Source: Ignavibacteriota bacterium
Lineage (GTDB): Bacteria > Bacteroidota > Ignavibacteria > UBA10030
NCBI GenBank assembly: GCA_963727825.1
Contig: CAVSHO010000002.1
Coordinates: forward strand, 1 to 48,633
Direction of reading: 5' to 3'
Length of the DNA stretch: 48,633 nt
A model generated the notes under the pieces. The model ran no database searches. It saw only the letters and a program-made list of their open reading frames with translations, and was not told where the DNA came from. Of this stretch, positions 20,302 through 31,223 are shown one piece after another. Within the stretch, counting starts at the first letter, position 1, and the number at the start of each line of letters is the position of its first letter. A program made the position numbers and the translations under genes.

Positions 20302-21528
20302 ATGAAACTAATAGCCTATCGCACAACATTGCCAAAGGCAATGAGTTGCTTCGGACTTTATCTTTTTGCATTTAGTATTCCGATTTCGTTTGTTCCTGCT
20401 GAATTTGCCATAGGGATTACCTTTTTAGGATGGCTATTAGAAGGTATATTCAACAAGCATTGGCAGTACTATCCAACAAAATTGTTCATCCCGCTTTTAT
20501 TCTACATAGCTTGGAATATAATTGCATCAAGCCTTTCTCCGAGACCCGGACATAGTCTCTGGGCATTAGCAGATAATGAATGGCCTATGTTTATTATGCT
20601 GTTCATTTATTTTATAGTCGATGATGTCAATTTATTAAGGCGAATATTACATTTATGGCTTTTTTCTGCTTCAGTAGCTGCACTCTATGGCATTTGGCAG
20701 ACATTCTCTGGATATCAATTGCATCGGCCTGATAAACTTGCCCCAATGGGCAACCTTTTTCGTGCAGTCGGTTTCAATGGATTTTATTTGACATTTGCAG
20801 GATTTATTATGTCAGTATTTCTAGTGAGCCTTTGTATCAGTTTTCAATCAGGCGTTGTTAAGAATCGGTGGAAATATATTCTAGTCATGATTGTGAGCTT
20901 TTTAGCAGTGATAGGAACATTCGCGAGAAGTATTTGGTTATCATTCGTTGTTGTTATTCCAATCTTCAGCTATGTAAAAGGAAAACGAATTGGCAGTATT
21001 GTGACGTTAATATTTATAATTTTCGTTCTTTTATGTGTCATATTTATTCCTACAATAAGAGATCGTGCATATTCCAGCATTGTCCCTTCAGAAAATCAGA
21101 CTCGCTTGAATCTCTGGAAGACAACTATCAATATGTCAAAAGACTTTCCGTTGACTGGAATCGGGGAGGACAACTTCGATTATTACATTGATCGATATAA
21201 GGTTGAAGGATATTATGATACAACAGCACATCCTCACAACGATTATCTTACAATTCTTGTTTCATCTGGAATTCCAGGCCTAATCGCTTTCTTATCCATA
21301 TGGTTTATCATTGTACAAATGGGATTCAAGACTCATAAATATTCTTCAAACCCATTTCTTAAAGAACTTGCGTTTGGCAGCACGTTAGCGATTATTGGTT
21401 TTATGATCGGCGGAATTTTTCAGAACTACTATGGAACATTTGCGAATTGCTGGGGATGGTGGCTGATGGCGGGGTTTACGATTGCGTCTTATCGCTTATA
21501 TATGAAAGAAGATAAAATTAAATCATAA
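20302..21528 (+). CDS. O-antigen ligase (WaaL/Wzy_C) family
   Basis: Polytopic membrane protein; TFARS, RLNLW, PLTGIG, HPHNDYL...GIPG. Confidence 0.88.
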   Translation: MKLIAYRTTLPKAMSCFGLYLFAFSIPISFVPAEFAIGITFLGWLLEGIFNKHWQYYPTKLFIPLLFYIAWNIIASSLSPRPGHSLWALADNEWPMFIMLFIYFIVDDVNLLRRILHLWLFSASVAALYGIWQTFSGYQLHRPDKLAPMGNLFRAVGFNGFYLTFAGFIMSVFLVSLCISFQSGVVKNRWKYILVMIVSFLAVIGTFARSIWLSFVVVIPIFSYVKGKRIGSIVTLIFIIFVLLCVIFIPTIRDRAYSSIVPSENQTRLNLWKTTINMSKDFPLTGIGEDNFDYYIDRYKVEGYYDTTAHPHNDYLTILVSSGIPGLIAFLSIWFIIVQMGFKTHKYSSNPFLKELAFGSTLAIIGFMIGGIFQNYYGTFANCWGWWLMAGFTIASYRLYMKEDKIKS

Positions 21529-22382
21529 TATAATTTTTATATTCGCCGATTCTCCATCCGCATTGTGATTCGATAGCATCAAGTAGCTTTTCCTTTAATG
21601 GTTGTTGAACTTTGGTAGGATCGTATTTAAAATTCCAATTTTCGTTGCGAATTCGTTCTGTCATGACAGAAGGGTGCGTACCATCGTATATTGCCAACTT
21701 ACCGCTTTGTTCGTAATTATAATCGCTTACTGCTCCAATATGTTTATCGATCCATTCGTCATTATGCCAGAACTTGTTGAAAGTCTTTTGCTTTAACTGC
21801 TGAATATTCGGTAGTTTCACCCATCCGTAATGATAAATCTCAGCATCTATCAATTTTACATTAAGTTTTTGTCCTTTGATTCTAAATCCTTGAGCATCAC
21901 CCCATGAACGTACTCCGATATTTGGCCGAACAATTCGTATTTCACGGCGATACCAGCGCCGAGAGTCACCAACATATTTATAACTTCCATAGAAATGTCT
22001 ATAATTGAAAAGAAATCCCTCCACCAAACTTATATCCTTATAATATACTAGTGCTTCTTTAATTGTCTGAGAATCTTTTTCATGCAGGTACTTCATCTGC
22101 CTGAAGATATATTCCCCAATCACCATCAATCTGGTCAAGCGCAAGATTTGTCTGTTGTGAAAGAATTGTGCCCCCCTTGCGAATCGATTCATCCCAAACT
22201 GTTTCAAGAATTCTAATTTTGGGCGAATGAAGCGACTGAATTCGCTTTAAAGTATCATCTTCCGACTGACCGACAGCAACGACAACCTCGTCGCATACAG
22301 GAAGGAGAGAGCTAATGGATTCAATAAATGGATAGTCGTACTTAACACCGTTGCGCACGAATGTGAATCCAGATACTTTCAT
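21518..22382 (-). pseudogene. GT2 glycosyltransferase split by a +1 frameshift near 22087 (likely sequencing error)
   Basis: MKVSGFTFVRNG...YLQADEV continues as LHEKD...WGDAQGFR...YHYGWV if one base is removed from GG at 22087-22088. Confidence 0.85.
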
Positions 22383-22395
22383 TCTACATTAAACT

Positions 22396-23286
22396 TCATA
22401 AATTAAAGCCAATCGAAATTAAATGCGAATTTCCAATTCCTAGTGAAAATGGAACATATGCATAATCGAGCATTACAAAACCATAGTGAATTCCAATTCC
22501 AGCTGAGAACCCACGTGTATCAATTCCAGATTGATAGCCAAAGCGAACTGTGAATGTACGATCGTATATGGCTTCTCCACCAATACTGCAATGATTAGCA
22601 GACGTTCCAAAATCTGAACAAAATGCCGTAGCGACACGGAAAGCTATTTCATTCATATTGAATGAATATGTACCGCCCAAGCGAATTTGTGATGGCAAAT
22701 CTGTTCGTTCATTGCGAAAGGCCGAAAGCGAACCGAAATTTGTCAATGAACAACCTATATCAACTCCATCAATAGGTGGTGTGTAAAGTACACCAGCATC
22801 AATTCCATATCCAGTCGTTTCATCAACAAAAATTTTCTCATAGAGATATTTAGGAGCGATGCCAATTCTAATATTTTTTGTTAATTCAACGCCATAATTC
22901 AACTGAAAAGATGTGGATTGCGCATTGAATGTTCCTATGGCGGGGCCAGGAATTGTGCGCAATTCGATTCCGTTTACACTCGTATTCCCTATAGAAAGTG
23001 AAAAAGAGCCAAAATTAGAAGGAGCGGCAATTGATAAATACTCTGTCTGAACATCTTGAATCCATTCAGTATGTGAGAACAGAACTCCGTAATCTTCGCT
23101 AGAAGCAATATTCGCAGGATTGATAAGAATCGACTGAAGTGCGGTTGGATCTGCAACAAAAGATTCACCTGTAGCAGCAACAAACGGAGTTATTGGAAAT
23201 ATTAGACTAACATCACCTCGAGAACTTCCCTGAGAAAACATAAATGAAGTAAAGAGAAGCATCGAAAAAATAATTTTGAGTTTCAT
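22396..23286 (-). CDS. PorV/PorQ-family outer-membrane barrel
   Basis: Signal peptide; NPA motif; SHTEW; DAGVLY; DYAYVPFSLGIGNSHLISIGF. Confidence 0.8.
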   Translation of the reverse strand: MKLKIIFSMLLFTSFMFSQGSSRGDVSLIFPITPFVAATGESFVADPTALQSILINPANIASSEDYGVLFSHTEWIQDVQTEYLSIAAPSNFGSFSLSIGNTSVNGIELRTIPGPAIGTFNAQSTSFQLNYGVELTKNIRIGIAPKYLYEKIFVDETTGYGIDAGVLYTPPIDGVDIGCSLTNFGSLSAFRNERTDLPSQIRLGGTYSFNMNEIAFRVATAFCSDFGTSANHCSIGGEAIYDRTFTVRFGYQSGIDTRGFSAGIGIHYGFVMLDYAYVPFSLGIGNSHLISIGFNL

Positions 23287-24257
23287 TAGAATCTCAGTGC
23301 TAATGAGAGAATATGGATACCACTTGGACTATATGGTTCAAATACATAAGTATAATCAAAAGAAGGAGTCCAATACGCGACTTTTGTTTGTACAGATATT
23401 CCTAAAGAAGGTTTTGCTGGCAAGTCGGCATTCAATGCAATTTGGTCAATTCCGCCACGGATATGAACGCCATCGTACACTTCGATTTCCGAGCCAGCGC
23501 GAACGTATATCGCAGAGCCAATAGATTCGACTTCACTAGCTAATATAATCGGATAGATTTTGGGAATCCAACTTAATCCGATACGTTTTCTCAATGGGAA
23601 ATAATCCGAAGAAGAATTACCAAGTTCTCCATAAAGTTGAGATGTATCCCATTTATATTTGGCACCGATATCCTGCACAACTGCACCAAGTGTAACTTCT
23701 TGTGAAAGCAAATAAATTGCCCCTACATCAATAGCAGCCGTTGTGCTTTTTATTCCTTCAAAGAGAGAGTAATAAAGAATTTTCGCTGTCAAACCAAAGG
23801 AAAAGTTGGAGGTCGGTTTTAACCCAAATGATAATAAAAAAGTGTTTTCTGACGTGCTATAGTTTTCAGTATGAATGCCATCAGCATCGCGGCCATCAAT
23901 ATTTCCGACTCCGGCATTAATAAGGGACAAAGAAAATCCAGCATTCGGTTTTAAACTTTCTGTAAAACTTAAGAAATTAAGTTTTCTATCGAGAGAGAGA
24001 ACTCCATATGAAGCAGCAACAGTCGGATCGGATTCAAACGGAACAATTGCTGGATTGTAGTAGGATTGACCATCGCCGCTAATGACCGCAGTCATCGCAT
24101 TGCCCATTGCCATTCCGCGTGCGCCAAATCCCATACGCATAGGGGCTCCGGCAAGTCCGCCAACGGAAGAACTACTCTCCAGTTGACTCCAAGCATTTAT
24201 TGATATACCGCAAAATATAAAAATGATTGCAACGGCAACACGAGAAAAAGCTTTCAT
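23286..24257 (-). CDS. PorV/PorQ-family outer-membrane barrel
   Basis: GARGMAMGNA..A...YYNPA signature; terminal HILSLALRF; ATG at 24257 overlaps the upstream stop (ATGA). Confidence 0.82.
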   Translation of the reverse strand: MKAFSRVAVAIIFIFCGISINAWSQLESSSSVGGLAGAPMRMGFGARGMAMGNAMTAVISGDGQSYYNPAIVPFESDPTVAASYGVLSLDRKLNFLSFTESLKPNAGFSLSLINAGVGNIDGRDADGIHTENYSTSENTFLLSFGLKPTSNFSFGLTAKILYYSLFEGIKSTTAAIDVGAIYLLSQEVTLGAVVQDIGAKYKWDTSQLYGELGNSSSDYFPLRKRIGLSWIPKIYPIILASEVESIGSAIYVRAGSEIEVYDGVHIRGGIDQIALNADLPAKPSLGISVQTKVAYWTPSFDYTYVFEPYSPSGIHILSLALRF

Positions 24258-25816
24258 CGTAACACCAAGATCTTTCCCCACATTGGTGTTTGGTTACCAA
24301 TTTCTACTCGATAAAAATAAACGCCATTTACAACTATAGAATGATTATCATTTTTACCATCCCAGATTTCATCGTATTCTTTTCCGTTAGTACGCGATGC
24401 ATTTTGTATTAACGTACGGACAGGCAGCATAGCATAATCAAAGATGTGAATTGAAACAGCCTGTGTTCCGGAAGGATCGGCGCTTAAGCTGTAGTGGAGA
24501 CGAACTGGTTCATTATTGGGAGCAAAAGGATTGGGATATGCATAAGTGACCTTTTTTGTCCCGACTTGCTCTGCAGTTCGAAAAATATACCATACTGAAC
24601 CAAATTGCTGTGTGGGTGAATCTATGGTATAGGCAGTTCCTTCAGGTCCGCCAAACCATACTGTATCGCCTTGTACACCTACGCAATCACATTCAGATGA
24701 AACGAAACGTTGAAGATTCGTTGGATCATAAATAGTACCGCTTCTTATCCAACTTTCTCCGAAGTCAGAAGATCTGAATAGCCCGTTGTCAGCCGCAATA
24801 TAAACAATATTACCAGAGTCGTTCACAGCAATATTATGTGCCCATTCACCAAGCAGAGTAGTATTCCATGTTTCACCGCCGTCTGAAGAATAGCTTACAC
24901 CTTTAACTTCATCAGGGTCATTTGCATTTACGGTTGCTGCCCACATAATTCGAAGATTATTCCATCGCTGTTCTTTCAATGCAACAACGAAGTTTCCAGA
25001 GATCGGATGAGCCTGATTTTGATGTGAGAATTTACGCCAGCTAATTCCACCATCAGTAGATTTGTTGATACCCCCAGCCGTTCCCGCCCAGATCGTAGAA
25101 TCATCGCTTGTATAAACAGAGAAAAGAAGGTGATTATTATTTGCAGTGAGCCCTAATAGCCCTGCAGAAGGTGACAGATCAAAGGCATAATTAAGAGAAT
25201 CTGTCGGCCTGATAGAATCAAGATTATCAGGCGGCAGAATAACACGTGTCCATGTCTTTCCGAGATCGGTCGATTTGCGAAGCATACCTGCCCAACTTGC
25301 AATCCATACGGTATTCTTTGTTAGAGCGATGTCAAAAGTTATATTCTGTTGTGGAACTGTAATATCTAAAGCGAGTATCTTGTTATTGCCATATAGCAAA
25401 GTGTCTACTGTACCAGAGTCTATTGGCTGAGGTATAAAAAACCAAGTTGAGCCACGGTCAATTGAATAATCCAACCCGCCGCCTGTTTGCACTGATTCAC
25501 CATTTAGAGTTGTAGAATATCCTATAGCGACCCAGATGAAATCGTTATTGATTGCAATAGCCGAGATAGCTTTGTTATCGAAAGTGCCGGTATTTGAGAA
25601 ATTCGTCCAGCTTATTCCATTGTTTGTTGTTAAACTCAATCCACTTTCAGTTCCCAACCAAATAGAATCATGTCTAACCAAAATATAGTCGACGGAATTA
25701 CTCAATGGCAACGAAGAATTAGGGATGGAATTAAGGCGATAAGTTTTCGGAAGTTGGGCGAAAGCACTAACCCCAGAAATATAAATTCCAATAATTACAA
25801 AAATTACTTTATTCAA
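24254..25816 (-). CDS. Secreted BNR/Asp-box beta-propeller protein with T9SS/FlgD-like C-terminal domain
   Basis: Six Asp-boxes (TTNNGISW, SIDRGSTW, STDLGKTW, STDGGISW, SSDGGETW, SSDFGESW); YAYPNPF...WDGKND...NGVYFY. Confidence 0.85.
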   Translation of the reverse strand: MNKVIFVIIGIYISGVSAFAQLPKTYRLNSIPNSSLPLSNSVDYILVRHDSIWLGTESGLSLTTNNGISWTNFSNTGTFDNKAISAIAINNDFIWVAIGYSTTLNGESVQTGGGLDYSIDRGSTWFFIPQPIDSGTVDTLLYGNNKILALDITVPQQNITFDIALTKNTVWIASWAGMLRKSTDLGKTWTRVILPPDNLDSIRPTDSLNYAFDLSPSAGLLGLTANNNHLLFSVYTSDDSTIWAGTAGGINKSTDGGISWRKFSHQNQAHPISGNFVVALKEQRWNNLRIMWAATVNANDPDEVKGVSYSSDGGETWNTTLLGEWAHNIAVNDSGNIVYIAADNGLFRSSDFGESWIRSGTIYDPTNLQRFVSSECDCVGVQGDTVWFGGPEGTAYTIDSPTQQFGSVWYIFRTAEQVGTKKVTYAYPNPFAPNNEPVRLHYSLSADPSGTQAVSIHIFDYAMLPVRTLIQNASRTNGKEYDEIWDGKNDNHSIVVNGVYFYRVEIGNQTPMWGKILVLR

Positions 25817-26640
25817 TTTGATTGAATCACATTTATTATAACAATAGTCTTTGTTAATATATTGCTTGTGTCATTTGATTGATCAACTGCGCAAAACCGG
25901 AATAAATAAGAACCAAGACTTGGTGAAGGATTCAGGCTTACTTGTTCTCCATAAATGCTATCATTTATAGCTTGTAATTGGAATATTTTGCCGCTTGGTG
26001 TGAATCTTAGAACAGACTTGATATCATCTTGTCCATCGGGATCGAGAACCTTTAAACTTTCATTAAATGTTGATGTAGTCGAAAGATTGATCGTATCAGG
26101 GGCAACAAGGTCAGAAATGATGGGAGGATGGTTTAACCGAACAATTTGCAGAGGAAGTATTATTGTGTTGCTCTTATATCCAGTTGCACTTTCACTCCAT
26201 AGATTTATTGTAAATGTTCCTATAAAACTTCTTAGGATTTGAAATTCAATGTATCCAGAATAAACACTATCATTTAATTTAGCATCTGGAAATACACCAT
26301 CATCGTGCAATGTGCCTTCTGCCAATGAAGACGAAAAATTATAATTGTTTACTGAGAATCTAACTATAGGAATTTCTTTTTCGTCAGCGAAAGAAGTAGT
26401 TTTTACTTTTGCAATTCCTATAATTGTCAGGGTATCAGTCGGACTTCGCAGTAATTGCCCTGTAATGTTAATCGTATCGGTATTTACAGTAGAGATAGAA
26501 AAGTAAGCGTCTTTTATTGCTGGCGCACTTCCATAAGAATCGACAACGGTGTTATATTTTTTCTCACATCCAGAAATACAAAGCAAAACAAGGACTATTA
26601 AGAATAGGAAGAAATTATTTTTGAGAAGAAGCTGACGCAC
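25813..26640 (-). CDS. Lipoprotein with Ig-like domains and a DDG...D...D(G/S)VYSG motif (choice-of-anchor X-like)
   Basis: Lipobox ISGC; LHDDGVFPDAKLNDSVYSG; NHPPII Ig-domain start. Confidence 0.65.
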   Translation of the reverse strand: MRQLLLKNNFFLFLIVLVLLCISGCEKKYNTVVDSYGSAPAIKDAYFSISTVNTDTINITGQLLRSPTDTLTIIGIAKVKTTSFADEKEIPIVRFSVNNYNFSSSLAEGTLHDDGVFPDAKLNDSVYSGYIEFQILRSFIGTFTINLWSESATGYKSNTIILPLQIVRLNHPPIISDLVAPDTINLSTTSTFNESLKVLDPDGQDDIKSVLRFTPSGKIFQLQAINDSIYGEQVSLNPSPSLGSYLFRFCAVDQSNDTSNILTKTIVIINVIQSN

Positions 26641-26807
26641 AGATTGCTTTCGTATTTTCTATTGTTTGGGACTAAAAATAAATAGCAATCGTCTATCGCG
26701 CAGCCCTTATAAGTGGAATTGTTTGTTCAATTGTATATAAGATATAAAGGATTTCTGAAAAATTCAACATTATAAATTTAGGATGCAGAAGTATATTCAA
26801 ATATCTA

Positions 26808-27869
26808 TTAGCCTATCGTAAATGGGTTCAACGAAAAAGAAAGGAAGAAGATAACTATACAGAACCAACCAATTGTCATTCGACGACTATCTAAAGGTGT
26901 CTCGTCAGCAACGGGTGGATGGATTAATTTTACAACATAAAGAGCTATTATCGCCCATAAAAACCAAGCAGACCAACTATATTGAGCGAACGGAACAATT
27001 TGTCCTACGTCCCGCTTATAAACAAACCCTAAAAATGTTCTTAGCAGTGCATCAGAAATTGAGGGTGCACTTAGCGCGATAAGACCGTAGAAAGATATGC
27101 GAGCAATCTGTTTGTGAAATTTACCAAACATCGCGTAGATTAAATGACCACCATCAAACTGCCCCATCGGAATTAGATTGAGTGCTGTAACAAACAATCC
27201 AAACCAACCGGCACAAAGAAACGGATAATGGTAAATCTCGCTTAAGGGTGGAACAAATTTTAATGAAGGATTAGTTAACAAATGTTGTAATGCCGAAAAT
27301 AGAAGTGTATTTCCAAAGGCAAGCGATACGCCATTTGCAGTTGCAGATGCATTCAGGGTAAAATCATAATCAGGATGAATTGAGAGTATAAAATTGGGGG
27401 ATGGAAGATGAAGAAATCCATAAGTCAGCACTAAAAGCGAAGCAAAAAACCCGGCAATCGGACCTGCAACCCCAATGTCGAACATAGCTTTTTTTGATGG
27501 AACAATTGACTTTGTTCGGATAACTGCTCCAAATGTACCAAAATTCAAAAATAGTTGAAGGAGAACTGGAATTGGTGGGAATGGAAGAAAGTATGGCAAA
27601 GTGGCATCCACATGATGATAACGTGAAGCAAAAAAATGCCCGAATTCATGACAGGCAAGAATGAACAGGATGGAGGCTGCATAAGGAATGCCAAGAGGAA
27701 AATTGTTAAGCTCAAATGGATCCTTGTTCAGCCATAAGACCCCTGCAATCGTTGTCGTGAAAAACGTCAACAAAAATAAACCTAAGTGCAATAGCCATCG
27801 GAGCACCATAGTTATATTCAAATTCTTCGCATTTAAATTATTAACTAACAAATCTTGATTGAATTTCAT
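26808..27869 (-). CDS. Site-2 protease (M50) intramembrane metalloprotease
   Basis: HEFGH, AGPIAG, LNLIPMGQFDGGH. Confidence 0.93.
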   Translation of the reverse strand: MKFNQDLLVNNLNAKNLNITMVLRWLLHLGLFLLTFFTTTIAGVLWLNKDPFELNNFPLGIPYAASILFILACHEFGHFFASRYHHVDATLPYFLPFPPIPVLLQLFLNFGTFGAVIRTKSIVPSKKAMFDIGVAGPIAGFFASLLVLTYGFLHLPSPNFILSIHPDYDFTLNASATANGVSLAFGNTLLFSALQHLLTNPSLKFVPPLSEIYHYPFLCAGWFGLFVTALNLIPMGQFDGGHLIYAMFGKFHKQIARISFYGLIALSAPSISDALLRTFLGFVYKRDVGQIVPFAQYSWSAWFLWAIIALYVVKLIHPPVADETPLDSRRMTIGWFCIVIFFLSFSLNPFTIG

Positions 27870-27892
27870 TGTTCACTTAAAAAGCAAAGTTT

Positions 27893-29530
27893 TCACTCTC
27901 GTATAAACCAGATAGGATTCGTTATGCAAAAATGCTGCTTACCATCACTTGAATCCAAAGATGAAGTCCAAACTTCGGCTCGAATATAACAATCACATTC
28001 AACTTCAAATGAAAATTTTCGTTCTTCCTTAAAACTTTTAAGATTCTGTTCTGAAATTAATTCTGCTTCCTTTTGGCCAATGTTACCTTTTAAGACTTTA
28101 AGCGAAGCAATTGAACCATATTCAGTTGAAGAAAGTATCTCAAGAAAAACTGTGTGTTTCATCCCAGTAAAACTACAACCAATTGAACTCATTTGGCTTG
28201 CTGAAGAAAGTGTACAGAGATTCGCAACGGGTCCGTCTGTAATAATTGACTTTCCTGAACGAAGCGAATCTAAAATATTACTTTCGGAAAGGAAATAAAG
28301 AAATATTCCTGTCCTCATTTTACCGAATATTTGAGACTCCATCTCATGAATTTTCAAAAACGGAATGCCAATCTGCCTAAACCGATTGAAGTTTCCATGT
28401 GCATCATTTCCTGCTATTACGAAAAGTCGTTGACCCTGCAGAAGTGCTTTGATCCATTGGCGATATCCCTCCTTAAATCCATTTGATAATTGCCCATTAG
28501 CAAATTGAGTTCCAGACAATTTTGGATATTCAATGTCTTGTTTATGCCACTTACCGCGATGTAGAAGCATTCGTTGGAGGAATGAAACACGCTCGCGTGG
28601 GTGAGCAGCATACGCAAGAGTAGACAATTCTTTTTTTTCAAGGACTTCTGTGCTAAAATATTCACTTCGCGTCTTGAGCCATTTTTCGGCTCCATCTCCA
28701 GTGCCAGCAAAGAATCTTTTATTGCCTAGAAGAAGTAAATGTACATTCTGACCTAAATAATTGCGGCATGTCACTTCTTCGCCTTTGATAATTGCAAAAT
28801 CAAAAAGTGTTGAATTTAGTTTATCAACTTCTTGTTGCAATTGTTGCCATTTCAGCAAATTGGGATCATTTAATAAGTAATTATCAATATTGTCATCTAA
28901 ATCGTACGAATGATCCGCGACACAAAAAAAAGATAATCCAAGCGATTGGCATAATTGAACTGATGCTCTTAATGGTGAACCAAACTCTACCTGATCATCG
29001 GTATAGTTAGAATGTGAATGGCACTCTCCAAAAAATAAATGTTCGAACTTAGGGAGTGCAGTTGACGAAATAAATACTTTTAGTGGAAGATGTGAAGATG
29101 TTCTATGATTGTCATTATGATAAAAGCGTTTTTGATTATTGGAGTTAAGTTCAAATACAACATCACATTCGATATTTCCACTTAAACCCTTAACTGATAT
29201 ATTAAAAACTTGCCACCATAGTTTTTGATTTATTTCTATAGGTTCATGCAAGAGGGTCTTTTCAAAAACAATCGATCCATTTGTCCGAATAATAAAATTG
29301 ATTCCATCTAATTTTGCAGGGAAGAGATGAGCATCTTTCACAATGATTAAAATTGGCAAAGAAGAATTCGGCTCAAGACGATGAGGAGCATCAGCAATTA
29401 TTTCCGGTTCACGCTTTCTGAGAAAACTCAAGAAATACCGAAATCGATAATGTGTTTCAGCATAAAGAAAAATCGGAATAAAATGCCAGATAAAGGACGG
29501 AAGATGAATCAAAATTCGCGTCCTTTCCAT
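27893..29530 (-). CDS. PHP-domain metallohydrolase (CehA/McbA-like)
   Basis: HSHS..TD, ADH, GEE, AHP, GNDAH; C-terminal YIRAE...TNPIW. Confidence 0.8.
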   Translation of the reverse strand: MERTRILIHLPSFIWHFIPIFLYAETHYRFRYFLSFLRKREPEIIADAPHRLEPNSSLPILIIVKDAHLFPAKLDGINFIIRTNGSIVFEKTLLHEPIEINQKLWWQVFNISVKGLSGNIECDVVFELNSNNQKRFYHNDNHRTSSHLPLKVFISSTALPKFEHLFFGECHSHSNYTDDQVEFGSPLRASVQLCQSLGLSFFCVADHSYDLDDNIDNYLLNDPNLLKWQQLQQEVDKLNSTLFDFAIIKGEEVTCRNYLGQNVHLLLLGNKRFFAGTGDGAEKWLKTRSEYFSTEVLEKKELSTLAYAAHPRERVSFLQRMLLHRGKWHKQDIEYPKLSGTQFANGQLSNGFKEGYRQWIKALLQGQRLFVIAGNDAHGNFNRFRQIGIPFLKIHEMESQIFGKMRTGIFLYFLSESNILDSLRSGKSIITDGPVANLCTLSSASQMSSIGCSFTGMKHTVFLEILSSTEYGSIASLKVLKGNIGQKEAELISEQNLKSFKEERKFSFEVECDCYIRAEVWTSSLDSSDGKQHFCITNPIWFIRE

Positions 29531-30603
29531 TTCACTTTTCCACCAAAGAATACTAAAAATGGAAGAAATAAGACGTAGAGCATAAAATAGATTTCAAACC
29601 AATAAAACCAACGTAGGTCTTCTTTTCGTTCAAGGCGGGAAAGAATTTGATACAAAAACACATAATCAGCGATAAATTTAACCATTAACGCTGAAGCTGT
29701 TTGCAATATACCACCACAGATTAGCATTACAAATGGTGAAAGATGCATAGAAAACCCGATTATCATTATTGCCAGTCCAAGGGGTTTCATATCAAGTCCA
29801 CCTTTGCCCCATCTGTGTTTTTGGCGGATAAGCGATTGAAAATCTGCGCATGATTTACTTTCGACAAGATGGTTTAAATCGATAGGATATATATAGTTCC
29901 ATTTGTGTGAACTAACAATCGCTTGAACAACTACATAATCTTCAGTCACACTGAATTTCAATTTTCGATACCCACCAACTTGATCATATGCTGACCTTCG
30001 AAATGATAAATTATTTCCAATACTGCCAAGCGGATGCCCTAAATTGGCGGATGCTGCTGACATACCTAGTATAAATGTCCAGTCTAATGATTGCATCCCT
30101 TCAAATGGCGTTGTAGCTTTTTGAAGTGTGAACCCACCTATAAGCCCAACTTCAGGATCATATCGTTTTGCTGTATGCTCTACCCAAGTTCTTGGAACTG
30201 TGCAATCCGCATCTGTGATAAGAATTATATCTCCCGTGGAAGCTTCAATACCTTGTGCCAAAGCATTTGCTTTGCCGCGAATAATTTTATCATCTATTAT
30301 TTCAATTTTTTTAATATTCGGATATAGTTTAATAAATTCATTACATATCCTTTCAGTACCATCAGTTGAACCGTCATTGATAATAATTATTTCATATAAT
30401 GAGATAGGATATGTTTGATTCGTAACGGATTCGAGACAATCATGAAGGTTAGCTTCTTCGTTCCTTGCCGCTATAATAACTGATATGGTTAAATTCGTTG
30501 GACTTTGTAATTTGTTCCGATTACATTTCAGACCAATTAAAAATATTCCTATCTGACAAAGATATAGAATCGTTACAATAAATAAAATAGTTTGGAAAGT
30601 CAT
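29509..30603 (-). CDS. Membrane GT2 glycosyltransferase (D,D,D,QxxRW type)
   Basis: AARNEE, TDADC, TEDY, QKHRW, terminal WKGR. Confidence 0.9.
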   Translation of the reverse strand: MTFQTILFIVTILYLCQIGIFLIGLKCNRNKLQSPTNLTISVIIAARNEEANLHDCLESVTNQTYPISLYEIIIINDGSTDGTERICNEFIKLYPNIKKIEIIDDKIIRGKANALAQGIEASTGDIILITDADCTVPRTWVEHTAKRYDPEVGLIGGFTLQKATTPFEGMQSLDWTFILGMSAASANLGHPLGSIGNNLSFRRSAYDQVGGYRKLKFSVTEDYVVVQAIVSSHKWNYIYPIDLNHLVESKSCADFQSLIRQKHRWGKGGLDMKPLGLAIMIIGFSMHLSPFVMLICGGILQTASALMVKFIADYVFLYQILSRLERKEDLRWFYWFEIYFMLYVLFLPFLVFFGGKVKWKGREF

Positions 30604-31223
30604 ATCGTTAACTTCTTGAAAATAAATCCTTTGCTAAGTAAAGCATCGAGAATAACTGGAAGATAAGTTTGAATTTTAAGTGAAGTTTCTACGTTATCAT
30701 GAAAGAGAAGTATAGAGCCATTTATGGTATTTTTCACTATGCGGTTTGAAATATTAGAAAATAGATTCGACTTGTAATCTTTGCTATTAATACTCCAGAG
30801 AACACATTTCAGATCTAGTTCGCGGAGCACTTTCAAAGTCGTCCAATCGAAATAACCATAGGGCGGACGGAAAAAATGAGAGTGTGAACCTATGGACAAT
30901 TCCAGAACTTCCTTTGTTCGTAGAATTTCATCCTTTAAGAATGCTTTATTCTTGAAAAAGAGGTTTGTGTGCGTAAAAGTATGATTTCCGATTAAATGCC
31001 CATTATTACGAATCTGTTGCACTAGATCAGGAAATTTCTGCACATTCTGCCCGAGAAGAAAGAAAGTCGCCTGAATATTGAGCTCCTTTAATTTATTAAG
31101 AACGAAAGGAGTTGCAACAGGATGAGGTCCGTCATCAAAAGTCAGATGAATACCTTTATCACCCTCAATGTTGAAAAGAATTGATGGAAAAAGTCCTTTT
31201 AATATCTGAATATCCCAGCTCAT
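30600..31223 (-). CDS. Polysaccharide deacetylase (CE4/NodB)
   Basis: TFDDGP, GNHTFTH, FRPPYG, ILLFHD. Confidence 0.93.
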   Translation of the reverse strand: MSWDIQILKGLFPSILFNIEGDKGIHLTFDDGPHPVATPFVLNKLKELNIQATFFLLGQNVQKFPDLVQQIRNNGHLIGNHTFTHTNLFFKNKAFLKDEILRTKEVLELSIGSHSHFFRPPYGYFDWTTLKVLRELDLKCVLWSINSKDYKSNLFSNISNRIVKNTINGSILLFHDNVETSLKIQTYLPVILDALLSKGFIFKKLTI

